Of a DNA stretch of 58,579 nt, positions 17,857 through 26,738 are shown piece by piece. The position numbers and the translations under genes were made by a program. Where the stretch lies: positions 1 to 58,579 of IMG/VR virus record IMGVR_UViG_3300020034_000014; one strand, given 5' to 3'. How positions within the stretch are numbered: position 1 is the stretch's first letter; the number at the start of each line of letters is the position of its first letter. The stretch comes from a virus (taxonomy: Duplodnaviria; Caudoviricetes). The notes under the pieces were generated by a model that ran no database searches, was not told where the DNA came from, and saw only the letters and a list, made by a program, of their open reading frames with translations.

Positions 17857-19268
17857 ACGAAAAAGATAAACAGTTACGAACACACAAAGATTTTTGGGAT
17901 CACCAATTACAGAATTTTAAATTCTTATGGAAAGTCGGATGCGCTGCACTATTTTTAGATATGGGATTGGGCAAGACAACTATAATTTTGTCTTGGGTAA
18001 AAGCGCTAATCAACAAGCGCAAGATCAAACGCCCGGTATTACTTGTCGGCCCCATTCGCGTTATATACGGCGTGTGGGCGCAAGAAGCGCAAGAATGGAA
18101 ACACTTGCGCAGCCTTCGCTTTTCTATCGTGCATGGCACCGTAGCGGAACGCCTAGCCGCACTAGACGTGCATGCAGATTTCTACATGATCAACCCGGAA
18201 TCACTGGTATGGTTGCTGCGATTGTTTCGCAGTCGGCGTGCCCGTGCTAATTGGCCGTTTGATGTTTTGGTTATAGACGAATCAAGCATGTTTAAATCCG
18301 TTGCCGCGAAACGCTTCCGCGCCTTGCGCTACTTCTGCCCGCTGTTCAAACATCGCGCAGTATGCAGCGGAACACCGCGCCCCAATTCTCTGATAGAGAT
18401 ATGGACGCAAATGTATATTGTTGATCTAGGCAAGCGACTAGGCACAAGCTTTGATGTTTTCAAAAATCGATTTTTCCTGCCTGTTGGTGAAGGCAATAAA
18501 TATGTCCCGCGCCGCACATCCGAAAAGAAAATATATAAACTGATTGATGATGTTGCGGTAACAATGAAGTTATCAGATTGGAAGACTGACACACCGCCAA
18601 CATTAATAAACCCTATCGTGATTGATCTGCCGCCACACGCCCGCGCACTCTATGATAAGTTTGAAAAAGAATTATTTTTAAAACTGGATCAAGGCGACGT
18701 TCGCGCATTCAATGCTGCATCACTTACCGGCAAATGCCAACAGATAGCGAACGGCGCAATCTATACAATAGAGCGCGAAACCGAAACGACGATATGGGAA
18801 CACGTTCACGATGCAAAGCTAGAAGCACTGCGCGACGTGATAGACGAAACAGGTAGCCCAATCCTTGCCGCGTATTGGTTCAAACATGACCTAGCGCGCT
18901 TGCGTCACGCCTTCCCGGATGCCGCAGTATTCAGCCGAAAGAATCTTGACACACTCGAAAGCGAATGGAATAACAACAAGCACGATCTAGCGTTAGCTTT
19001 CCCGCGCACCGTGGCCTATGGTGGCAACCTGCAAAAAGGTCTAGGCTGCACTATCGCATGGTTTAGCTTGACGTGGAGTTATGAATTGTTTGATCAAATG
19101 AATTCGCGCATTGGTGGCGCACGCGCCCGCCGCCCGGTCATGGTTCACCAAATCATTGCGCGCAACACTATAGACGAAGCCATGATTATTTCACTACGCG
19201 CGAAAGCAAATGGCAACAGTGAATTTATGTCTGCGCTCACCAAATACCGGCGAAGGAAAGCAGCATGA
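17742..19268 (+). CDS. SNF2-family helicase
   Basis: LDMGLGKT, VIDESS, SGTP, GGNLQ; start uncertain (115-nt overlap). Confidence 0.9.
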   Translation: MRTHANNYSKKRLIPTRHALALKKAARLERIETRYTVVDEKDKQLRTHKDFWDHQLQNFKFLWKVGCAALFLDMGLGKTTIILSWVKALINKRKIKRPVLLVGPIRVIYGVWAQEAQEWKHLRSLRFSIVHGTVAERLAALDVHADFYMINPESLVWLLRLFRSRRARANWPFDVLVIDESSMFKSVAAKRFRALRYFCPLFKHRAVCSGTPRPNSLIEIWTQMYIVDLGKRLGTSFDVFKNRFFLPVGEGNKYVPRRTSEKKIYKLIDDVAVTMKLSDWKTDTPPTLINPIVIDLPPHARALYDKFEKELFLKLDQGDVRAFNAASLTGKCQQIANGAIYTIERETETTIWEHVHDAKLEALRDVIDETGSPILAAYWFKHDLARLRHAFPDAAVFSRKNLDTLESEWNNNKHDLALAFPRTVAYGGNLQKGLGCTIAWFSLTWSYELFDQMNSRIGGARARRPVMVHQIIARNTIDEAMIISLRAKANGNSEFMSALTKYRRRKAA

Positions 19269-19486
19269 GCAAAAAACCATACCAACGGATTATCATTAAA
19301 GAAAACTTTGAGCGCGCTTGGGAAACATCAGATATTTTTTGCCCATCGTGTGGCAAACAAAAAGTTTGGGTAGCTGTTGATTCAAGTATTCAATGTGCAT
19401 GCAAAGCGTGCGGAGAATATTTTTCTATCAATTCAATGATTGAAAATGAAAAAAATATGCCGCCTATGGATCAATTTCCAGAATGA
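19265..19486 (+). CDS. Zinc-ribbon protein
   Basis: CPSC..CKAC; paralog of 17171..17392. Confidence 0.65.
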   Translation: MSKKPYQRIIIKENFERAWETSDIFCPSCGKQKVWVAVDSSIQCACKACGEYFSINSMIENEKNMPPMDQFPE

Positions 19487-20211
19487 ACACGCCACTATCA
19501 ACCGCGCGCCCGCCTGTTGGTGAAGACGTGGAAATATATGTGCTATCGAAGGACCGGCACCGCCAGCGCTCCACAACGCTGCAAACATTAAAAGATTCCG
19601 GGCTAGGCCCGCGAGTCAATCTTGTTGTGCCACACGATCAAGGCGAAGACTATATAAAATTTTCAAAGCATTACCAATGCGCTAGAGTTTTAAAATGCAA
19701 GGCCGATACGCTTGACAAGACGCGCCGGGCGATTGGTGAACGTGCAAGCGAAAAATTTATATTACTAGATGATGACCTTGAATTTTTCAAAGACGCGCGC
19801 CCGCATGCGGCCCGGCCCATTGGCGAACACTTCAATAACATTTTGATTTTGGTAAGCCGCATCCTTGATACGTGCGCTAGTTGTGCGATCACCACACGCC
19901 AAACCATAGACAACAAGATTCCCGGAAGGCCTAACCGCTACGGTAGCAAAGCCCTCGCGTATCGGCGCAGAGCATTTATGCAGTGCGATCCGCCGATAAC
20001 GAAGAAACACTATCACGTAGACGTAGCCGTTCAACTCGCACACATGGGCTACGAAAATTTCCTGATTGAAGAATTTATATGTAGGCAACAATCGCCTATT
20101 GCCTCAATGAAAGGCATGAATAACGACGATGAAATACTGCTGCGAAAATTTAAAGGCATTGAATGCAATCTAACGAAGGCGCAGCGTCACGCGCTAGATG
20201 ATATTTTATAA
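19483..20211 (+). CDS. GT-A fold glycosyltransferase resembling TAGT/GREB1-like DNA-base glycosyltransferases
   Basis: IYVLSKDR..LVVP..Y..TRRAI..ILLDDDL..HVDVAVQL. Confidence 0.6.
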   Translation: MNTPLSTARPPVGEDVEIYVLSKDRHRQRSTTLQTLKDSGLGPRVNLVVPHDQGEDYIKFSKHYQCARVLKCKADTLDKTRRAIGERASEKFILLDDDLEFFKDARPHAARPIGEHFNNILILVSRILDTCASCAITTRQTIDNKIPGRPNRYGSKALAYRRRAFMQCDPPITKKHYHVDVAVQLAHMGYENFLIEEFICRQQSPIASMKGMNNDDEILLRKFKGIECNLTKAQRHALDDIL

Positions 20212-20446
20212 ACGGGGAACGCAAATGAAAGATGACCTAGACCGCCACGGATTCAAGCCCGACGATTACACCACACCGCGCACCATCAGCCGCTTCTATA
20301 GTGATGATGGATACTACTCGCCGCAACAAGTGAACCGGCGCAAGTGGCGCGGGCGTCGCAAGACTTTTCTTTTCATGGCGGGATTTCTAGCTGCGATTGT
20401 CGGGCTATTGTGGCTATTTATCAAAGTGTTAGGCGATCCAAACTGA
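20198..20446 (+). CDS. Hypothetical membrane protein
   Basis: C-terminal TM helix; an ACGGGGAA RBS suggests a start at the second Met. Confidence 0.6.
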   Translation: MIFYKRGTQMKDDLDRHGFKPDDYTTPRTISRFYSDDGYYSPQQVNRRKWRGRRKTFLFMAGFLAAIVGLLWLFIKVLGDPN

Positions 20447-20457
20447 TTGCGATCTAG

Positions 20458-20500
20458 TGTGACATATTACCGTTGACACGGTTACGCGACGGCGTATAAT
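20458..20500 (+). promoter_or_regulatory. Repeated promoter/operator module, copy D
   Basis: TGTGA, then TTGACA-16 nt-TATAAT containing TACGC-GACG-GCGTA. Confidence 0.85.
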
Positions 20501-20534
20501 GAATTACATCAACAACGCAACACGGGGAATCAAA

Positions 20535-20717
20535 GTGAGAAACACCGGCTACAGCATAGCAATAAAGAATGATGGTTATCATGTAGAGTATTTTACGATG
20601 AATAGCCAAACATTTGAAGTATCTATAATTGAAACACGCGGCCCATTCGATACATACGGCAAAGCAGAAGACGCGCAGCAATCCATGCGAACCGAACACG
20701 ATCACACGGGGAACTAA
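20535..20717 (+). CDS. Hypothetical early protein
   Basis: ACGGGGAA RBS before GTG 20535. Confidence 0.65.
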   Translation: MRNTGYSIAIKNDGYHVEYFTMNSQTFEVSIIETRGPFDTYGKAEDAQQSMRTEHDHTGN

Positions 20718-20718
20718 A

Positions 20719-20922
20719 ATGAAATTCGCAGTAAACCAAACCTACACCACACGCAGCGCTTGCGATCACAATTGTATTATCAGCGTGACCGTTAAAGCGC
20801 GCACAGATAAGACAGTTACCACAAGCGAAGGCAAAAAATTCCGCATCAACGTTTGGGAAGGCATAGAGCAAATTCGCCCTTGGGGTAGTTATAGTATGTG
20901 CCCAATAGTGCGCGCCGCTTAA
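20719..20922 (+). CDS. Hypothetical early protein
   Basis: ACGGGGAACTAAAATG; protein starts MKFAVNQTYTTRSACDHNC. Confidence 0.7.
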   Translation: MKFAVNQTYTTRSACDHNCIISVTVKARTDKTVTTSEGKKFRINVWEGIEQIRPWGSYSMCPIVRAA

Positions 20923-21067
20923 TCGAATCAACACGGGGAACTAAAATGAATTACAAAATGATAGCAGTGCCCAAACCGCCGAAGCTTATCAAGCGCCCTT
21001 GCCCGAAGTGTGGCAAGGCTGACATATCAACCGCTTGCCGCTTTTGTGGCATCAGTAAGTTAGCGCC

Positions 21068-21355
21068 GTGAATCCTGATTTTATTACGGGCTTTGTTTGG
21101 GGCGGAATCGTTACGCTTTGCGTTGTGCATTATTGGATGCGAAAAGAAATTAGATTTTTAAAAACAGAAAGACGAAAAATAAAAACACTAAACGCAATCA
21201 TGATTAAAGCCGGATACTTAGCCGCTAACGGTATGCCAATCTATCGCACAACGGACGGCGGAACGCATGCGCCGTATCCCGGCATGACTGACGATCAATT
21301 GCGCGATTTTGAAAAAGACTTAGACATACCGTCATCATTCGATAGGGGAAAATGA
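21068..21355 (+). CDS. Hypothetical membrane protein
   Basis: N-terminal TM helix. Confidence 0.55.
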   Translation: MNPDFITGFVWGGIVTLCVVHYWMRKEIRFLKTERRKIKTLNAIMIKAGYLAANGMPIYRTTDGGTHAPYPGMTDDQLRDFEKDLDIPSSFDRGK

Positions 21356-21356
21356 A

Positions 21357-21770
21357 ATGCCAAAATACAATAATGCTTCGTCACATTACTATCGATGGAC
21401 AAATAAAAAACTCATTGATGAATTGCGTAAGTATGCCAACCTTGAAAGCTTTTCAGTTAGCACAATTGGCGAAAGCGCTACGATGCCTGCAACCGATGAT
21501 GCGATACGGGAAAAGACGCGCCTGTATCGTCAGACTTGGATGGACCCGCTCATTAATGAAATCGAATCACGCTTTATCAAAAAGATAACTGTCCCGGAAG
21601 AACGCGATATAAAACAAAACGCCCGGCGCGCTGCGATCCGTGGCGACAAACCCGAAACGTGCCCATACCCGGACGGCTCACCGCTTAGCATTCAGCGCAA
21701 GCGTTATGGCCTTTGGATGGATACGTTTAACGCAGAGCGCGCAGCAATCAAAGCAGGCAAACCAGAATGA
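21357..21770 (+). CDS. Hypothetical protein with a C-terminal Rmf/CrpP-like motif
   Basis: AAIRGDKPETCPY..W pattern. Confidence 0.5.
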   Translation: MPKYNNASSHYYRWTNKKLIDELRKYANLESFSVSTIGESATMPATDDAIREKTRLYRQTWMDPLINEIESRFIKKITVPEERDIKQNARRAAIRGDKPETCPYPDGSPLSIQRKRYGLWMDTFNAERAAIKAGKPE

Positions 21771-21982
21771 ACCTAGAAGCGCTACAGGCGCACCAAGACG
21801 CAAAAGCCCGCCTGCACGTAGTTGTGCATGGTGTGACCGTTCCAACGCCCGCCTTGCTCGCCGTGCTGAAACGTGGCGTTAATACGTGGCAGGATCAACA
21901 TACCCAAGACGGCGATGCAATCCACGTGCTGATTAAGACACTGGAAGATTTACGCCCGGAAGTAACTAAATATAGGTTTTAA
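21767..21982 (+). CDS. Hypothetical protein
   Basis: ATGA overlap. Confidence 0.55.
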   Translation: MNLEALQAHQDAKARLHVVVHGVTVPTPALLAVLKRGVNTWQDQHTQDGDAIHVLIKTLEDLRPEVTKYRF

Positions 21983-22007
21983 ATGGGATAAATTTATTTT
22001 CGTTAAG

Positions 22008-22050
22008 TGTGATAAAAATCACTTGCATTATTTACGCACAGGCGTAAACT
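22008..22050 (+). promoter_or_regulatory. Repeated promoter/operator module, copy E
   Basis: TGTGA-N6-TCACT, TTGCAT-16 nt-TAAACT containing TACGC-ACAG-GCGTA. Confidence 0.75.
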
Positions 22051-22114
22051 GTGAAGCGTGGTAGATGAAACACGCCACACGAAACTAAATCAACTTAACT
22101 CTAAAGGAAATAAA

Positions 22115-22984
22115 ATGTTTGCCACGAATCAAAATTTGAATACCACGTTCGCACCGGGACAACACCGCATCCAACGCGAAGGCTTCGGCTTTACCCGCGC
22201 TCTATCGAATGATGACCTTATGAAAATTGCCCCGGCGATCTTTGCCGATGCTGCGCACGCTTCACGCTCAGCACGTTACGGCTACGTATCAACCGTGCAA
22301 CTCGTTGACAGTTTGCGCGCAGAAGGCTTTTTGCCGGTTAGCGCTAAGTTTGTGAATACCAAAGATAGTTCAAAGGATGGTTTCCAAAAACATATGATGC
22401 GCTTCCGCCGCGCGGAACAATTGGAAGCCGCAGAAGCCCGCGAAGTTATTTTAGTGAACTCGCATGACGGCTCTAGCCAGCTTGAATTAATGGCGGGTAT
22501 CTATCGCATGGTTTGCTCTAATGGTTTGATTCTCGGCAGCAATGATTTCTCTATGAAAGTGCGCCACAACGTCAACGCAGTAGACAATGTAATCGAAGGC
22601 GCGTATCACATCGTTAAAGACTTCGATAAAGTAGGCGAGCAAATCGAAGGCATGAAGGCAGTTAAACTTGAGCGCCCCTTGCAAATCGCCTACGCCAATG
22701 CCGCGCTTGCAATGCGTTACGAAGACGTGGCGAACTGTGGCGTCAAGCCGGAAGCGTTGATACTGCCGAAGCGCACCGCCGATGCAGAGCCTAGCTTGTG
22801 GAATACTTTTAACGTGGTGCAAGAACGCATGATTCAAGGCGGTATACGCGGATGGAAGAAAAACGCCAACGGCCAAACCAAACGCGGAACGTCGCGCGCC
22901 ATTAACGGGATCAGCCAGAATGTTGCCATCAATCGCGGCTTGTGGACACTTGCCGAAGAAATGCGCAAAGCGATCAACGCTTAA
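22115..22984 (+). CDS. DUF932/DUF945 family protein
   Basis: HASRSARY, KHMMRFR, LVNSHDGSS, RMVCSNG, LWNTFNVVQE, NRGLW; AAGGA RBS before ATG 22115. Confidence 0.88.
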   Translation: MFATNQNLNTTFAPGQHRIQREGFGFTRALSNDDLMKIAPAIFADAAHASRSARYGYVSTVQLVDSLRAEGFLPVSAKFVNTKDSSKDGFQKHMMRFRRAEQLEAAEAREVILVNSHDGSSQLELMAGIYRMVCSNGLILGSNDFSMKVRHNVNAVDNVIEGAYHIVKDFDKVGEQIEGMKAVKLERPLQIAYANAALAMRYEDVANCGVKPEALILPKRTADAEPSLWNTFNVVQERMIQGGIRGWKKNANGQTKRGTSRAINGISQNVAINRGLWTLAEEMRKAINA

Positions 22985-23026
22985 CAACTAACCGGAACCG
23001 CCGCCCGCAAGGGCGCGCGGCCCATC

Positions 23027-23284
23027 ATGAATACCGGCAATCTCATCACGCGCGAAGATTTAATTTTAGATGGCTACATGGACGCGCGACAATTAGAGGA
23101 TGGCTCATGGGTAGCGTTGCAACGTTTGATGTTTACCTATTCAATTGTTACCGGCGTAACAGTAACAGGATGGGCAAAGCGTTTTTGCTTTGAGCATGAA
23201 CACGAAGCACGCGAACAAATGGCGACGCTCAAGGGCGTTGACGATGAACCTACAGGATGGATAGCGCGCAGACCGCAGGTATAA
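23027..23284 (+). CDS. Hypothetical protein
   Basis: Operon ORF; RFCF..EPTGW. Confidence 0.65.
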   Translation: MNTGNLITREDLILDGYMDARQLEDGSWVALQRLMFTYSIVTGVTVTGWAKRFCFEHEHEAREQMATLKGVDDEPTGWIARRPQV

Positions 23285-23532
23285 CAATGTCAATTGATCC
23301 GTATCTAAGAAACTATGTCAATGCTGATTGGCATAGCATGCCTAACAATTGGCAAGGCGCGCAAGTCGCTTTGCTCATGGACATACGAAGCGAATTGCGA
23401 AAACTTAACGGCCTGCTGCACTGTAAAAACTTTATCCAGATTCCCGGCAAGCTTGACCGCATCGGACGCAACACTGCCAAGCCTAAACGCAAGCGCAAAT
23501 CTGTAGCAAAAAAGAAAGCAGTAAAGAAATGA
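23257..23532 (+). CDS. Hypothetical protein
   Basis: Operon ORF with basic tail; start probably at the second Met. Confidence 0.55.
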   Translation: MDSAQTAGITMSIDPYLRNYVNADWHSMPNNWQGAQVALLMDIRSELRKLNGLLHCKNFIQIPGKLDRIGRNTAKPKRKRKSVAKKKAVKK

Positions 23533-23562
23533 CACCTAACACCACAACCACGGGAAACTAAA

Positions 23563-24015
23563 ATGGAATATACGTATAGGGATATCAAGATAACGGTTAA
23601 TGAATCGGCCCAATTTTGCGCACGGGTCAACGGCAAAGATATTAAATCCGCATCGCTTGCCGCGATTAAAAAACGCATTGATACAACAAAATCATTTGAA
23701 CCGTTTGACGCGCTGACTTTAAATTGGCATTACGTCGGTAAGCACACAATCGAAAAAGTCACTATCGCAAATTCAAAAGCACCAAAAGCGCGTTATTCAT
23801 GGAGTAACAAATTACTCTATATAACAACTCAGGGTAAGGAAATCCCGGAAACCCAACTATACGCGCTAGATCAAAAAACGTTGCTGGAAAGTTACGCCGA
23901 AATATCAAAAGGGAATCACAAAGCGAAGAAAGAATTGGAGGCGCGTATAGAAAAATCAGAGCATGACGCGAAAAAGAAACTGACCTCATATGCCGAACTG
24001 AATAAAACAAAATGA
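23563..24015 (+). CDS. Hypothetical protein
   Basis: ACGGGAAACTAAAATG RBS. Confidence 0.7.
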   Translation: MEYTYRDIKITVNESAQFCARVNGKDIKSASLAAIKKRIDTTKSFEPFDALTLNWHYVGKHTIEKVTIANSKAPKARYSWSNKLLYITTQGKEIPETQLYALDQKTLLESYAEISKGNHKAKKELEARIEKSEHDAKKKLTSYAELNKTK

Positions 24016-24181
24016 ACACGCAAACATTGGCAATGGTCACAGAGTTAATAGAAGCAGTCCGCGAAAATAAAAAGCCCCGGCTAGATAGAGCCTACGAAAA
24101 ATTAATATTTCACATTGATTTTTGGGAGCGCCGCTCTATGGAATACCACAAACTGCGCGACCTCTTGCGGGAAATGATTAA

Positions 24182-24379
24182 ATGAAAACTCCAAAGCCCG
24201 GCGATAAAGTTTTAATTCAGATCAACGATGCCGCGCTATGGGCGCGTGTTATGGTAACTGCACCGCCGCTCAATGGCACGCAACGTATATGCATAAAGCC
24301 CATTGAACCAGCGAACAGCAAGCCGCGCGCCGTGACACTAGATCAAACGCACACCAAGATTTTATTTAGTAATGGATAA
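24182..24379 (+). CDS. Hypothetical protein
   Basis: Operon ORF. Confidence 0.55.
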   Translation: MKTPKPGDKVLIQINDAALWARVMVTAPPLNGTQRICIKPIEPANSKPRAVTLDQTHTKILFSNG

Positions 24380-24461
24380 CTCAACACCCGGCGAAGCAAT
24401 TTTTTGTTTGCTCGTTATCGCCGCAACAATCGTAGCATCATTATTAACGGGGAACTGAATC

Positions 24462-25301
24462 ATGGACGCGGCAACACGCAAAAAATTTATAGCAGCATTG
24501 AACGAAATAGAACCGCGATTAATGCCCGGCCCGCACCCGGTCAAGCCAATTCACATTCTTAGCCCTATCGATTTGCCCGAAAAGAAAACCGGGCGTATCA
24601 ATATCACGCATCGATTCGTAAAAGACAAAATAGAAATCATCGGATCGCGTCAAGCATTCACGCGCGGATTGCAACCTGTGATGCTCAAGCTAATTCAACC
24701 GCTCAAGATCACAACGCTAAGCGATAAAAAATCCGGCGTATGGATGACAGATTTACCGGAAGAATTATTCCAAATCCATAGCATGCTCGAAACCGTGCAG
24801 CCACGCGGCCACGTCTTGATAGGCGGGCTAGGTTTGGGTATAGCCGCGCTCATGGTGAATCAACATCCCGGCGTGAAGTCGGTAACGATAATCGAAAAGG
24901 ACGCAGACATTATAGAACTCTGCGCGCCGCAACACTTAAAGAAAAATATTATCTGCGCCGACATTACCGACTACTTAAAAAGCCACAAAGAAAAATTTAA
25001 TTGTTACTTGCTGGATACGTGGCGCGGAACAAATGAAATGACTTACTGGCGCGAAGTATTTCCATTGCGCCGGATCATTCGCAATCGTTTTGGTTTGCGG
25101 CCCGTGGTGCATTGTTGGGCGGAAGATATCATGCGCGGTCAAGTTGAGCGCGTATTGCGCGGTCCTAACCGCCATTGGAAATACCAAGACTTACCGCCGA
25201 TGACGCAGGCAATCGCGGAACGCTTTACCGAAAACGTCGGAACGAAAACATGGGAAAAAATTTATGGGGAAACAGTAGACGCTAATTTAAATCGGAGATA
25301 A
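24462..25301 (+). CDS. Class I SAM-binding protein (spermidine synthase-like / methyltransferase)
   Basis: WMTD..E, GHVLIGGLGLG, VTIIEKD, CADI, LLDTW. Confidence 0.75.
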   Translation: MDAATRKKFIAALNEIEPRLMPGPHPVKPIHILSPIDLPEKKTGRINITHRFVKDKIEIIGSRQAFTRGLQPVMLKLIQPLKITTLSDKKSGVWMTDLPEELFQIHSMLETVQPRGHVLIGGLGLGIAALMVNQHPGVKSVTIIEKDADIIELCAPQHLKKNIICADITDYLKSHKEKFNCYLLDTWRGTNEMTYWREVFPLRRIIRNRFGLRPVVHCWAEDIMRGQVERVLRGPNRHWKYQDLPPMTQAIAERFTENVGTKTWEKIYGETVDANLNRR

Positions 25302-25306
25302 TCAAC

Positions 25307-25510
25307 ATGGATGCATCCAAGCTAGTGCAACTCTACATCAGTAAAGGGTATCGCATTGAACCAAACGGCGATGTTTACCGGCCCAATGGAACACTTGCGG
25401 ATAGAGTCACCATTCAGGCATTCGCCGCAATCGACAAAGCAACGCAGGTATCGCATGACCTTTCAAGGCGTGCCATTCGATCACACGCACGAACTAGAGG
25501 GACACCATGA
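25307..25510 (+). CDS. Hypothetical protein
   Basis: GGAG RBS; operon ORF. Confidence 0.55.
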   Translation: MDASKLVQLYISKGYRIEPNGDVYRPNGTLADRVTIQAFAAIDKATQVSHDLSRRAIRSHARTRGTP

Positions 25511-25854
25511 AGAAAAGCATAGCCTATCAAGCCGCACGAGCGCGCACGATCACAAAAACAAATATTCCTTTAGCAATGGCAGAACTTGCCCGCGTGCAAA
25601 TTGCGCTTGCTAATATTTTAGCGAGTGGATGGAATGAAACCGTCGCGCCAGTAGATACAACCTATAATCTAATCCGGCACATTGTCAACGTAGAAGCACA
25701 TTTCAATATGCTTAAAACCGATATTATAGCGGTTAAAAAAGAACAGCAACGCATACAAAAAAATGTTGACGATAAAAGCAAAACTGTTGCTGCAAAGAAA
25801 ACGAAAAGGCCGCAGGTTATCCATTCGCGCCATAAACCTATTCGACAAGTCTAA
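25507..25854 (+). CDS. Hypothetical protein
   Basis: ATGA overlap. Confidence 0.55.
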   Translation: MKKSIAYQAARARTITKTNIPLAMAELARVQIALANILASGWNETVAPVDTTYNLIRHIVNVEAHFNMLKTDIIAVKKEQQRIQKNVDDKSKTVAAKKTKRPQVIHSRHKPIRQV

Positions 25855-26173
25855 GAAACGCCTGCATGTCAGCACTAGAATATTTGAACGTGATGACGGT
25901 TCACCCGGCGTGCGTGTCGGCTGTTACATGAACCGGCACCGACAAACCGCAATTGTTGTTAGTGTAGCACTCAAGAAAACCCGGTTCGTTACCACGCTAG
26001 GCAATCGCATCATGTGTTACGAATGGGGGCACGAAAGATTCAAACGCGAATTTAATTTAACGCTTCCACACTACCCGCTGCACCACGCGGCCCGGCGCTA
26101 CCTCACCGGGCACATGATGAAAAGCCCGGCGAGTATAGAAGCCTTGCAAGAAATTTTAAACGGGAAACGATAA
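25763..26173 (+). CDS. Hypothetical protein
   Basis: Operon ORF; start uncertain. Confidence 0.5.
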   Translation: MLTIKAKLLLQRKRKGRRLSIRAINLFDKSKKRLHVSTRIFERDDGSPGVRVGCYMNRHRQTAIVVSVALKKTRFVTTLGNRIMCYEWGHERFKREFNLTLPHYPLHHAARRYLTGHMMKSPASIEALQEILNGKR

Positions 26174-26523
26174 TGACAAGAGATAAAAAAGGCAAACCAA
26201 TACCAAAGCGCAAATATAAAAGCGCACGCGCTGAAACACGCAATTGGTTAATCAAGAAAACTGCCGAAGCATACGCAACAATTACTGATGCAATAGATAA
26301 CGAAGAAAGATTTATCAAACTTGCGCGAGAGAAAGTTAATCAGCTTGACAACAAGCGCGAAGCCTTAGAAAAAACATTAAGTAATTATGTGAGTGATGCA
26401 AAGCCTCGCAGGACTATTTTAGTTGAAAATGGAAAAGTTCTATGCATTGAAAAACATTTACACGATGACTACAAAGACGGTTTTTATATCAGTGTCGATA
26501 TCAATACCGCAGAAAAATTTTGA
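26173..26523 (+). CDS. Hypothetical coiled-coil protein
   Basis: TAATG overlap. Confidence 0.6.
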   Translation: MTRDKKGKPIPKRKYKSARAETRNWLIKKTAEAYATITDAIDNEERFIKLAREKVNQLDNKREALEKTLSNYVSDAKPRRTILVENGKVLCIEKHLHDDYKDGFYISVDINTAEKF

Positions 26524-26738
26524 TCATGTGCGAATCATCAAACTTTTTCTTGTCACTCGTAGCCTGCACAATTGGAATCGCTTTCACAATTAAATGGGCA
26601 TACCAGATTCAGCTTGCAAACTACCAGTCAGCGCTCAGTAGTTTGCATGCCGCAATCAGAGTGCAAGACACGACGATAGAGGTTTTGCAAACACAACTAG
26701 AGATTGCGAAACTCTCTAATCGTTCACCCCATATTTAA
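26520..26738 (+). CDS. Hypothetical membrane protein
   Basis: TM helix plus short coiled coil; last + strand gene. Confidence 0.5.
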   Translation: MIMCESSNFFLSLVACTIGIAFTIKWAYQIQLANYQSALSSLHAAIRVQDTTIEVLQTQLEIAKLSNRSPHI

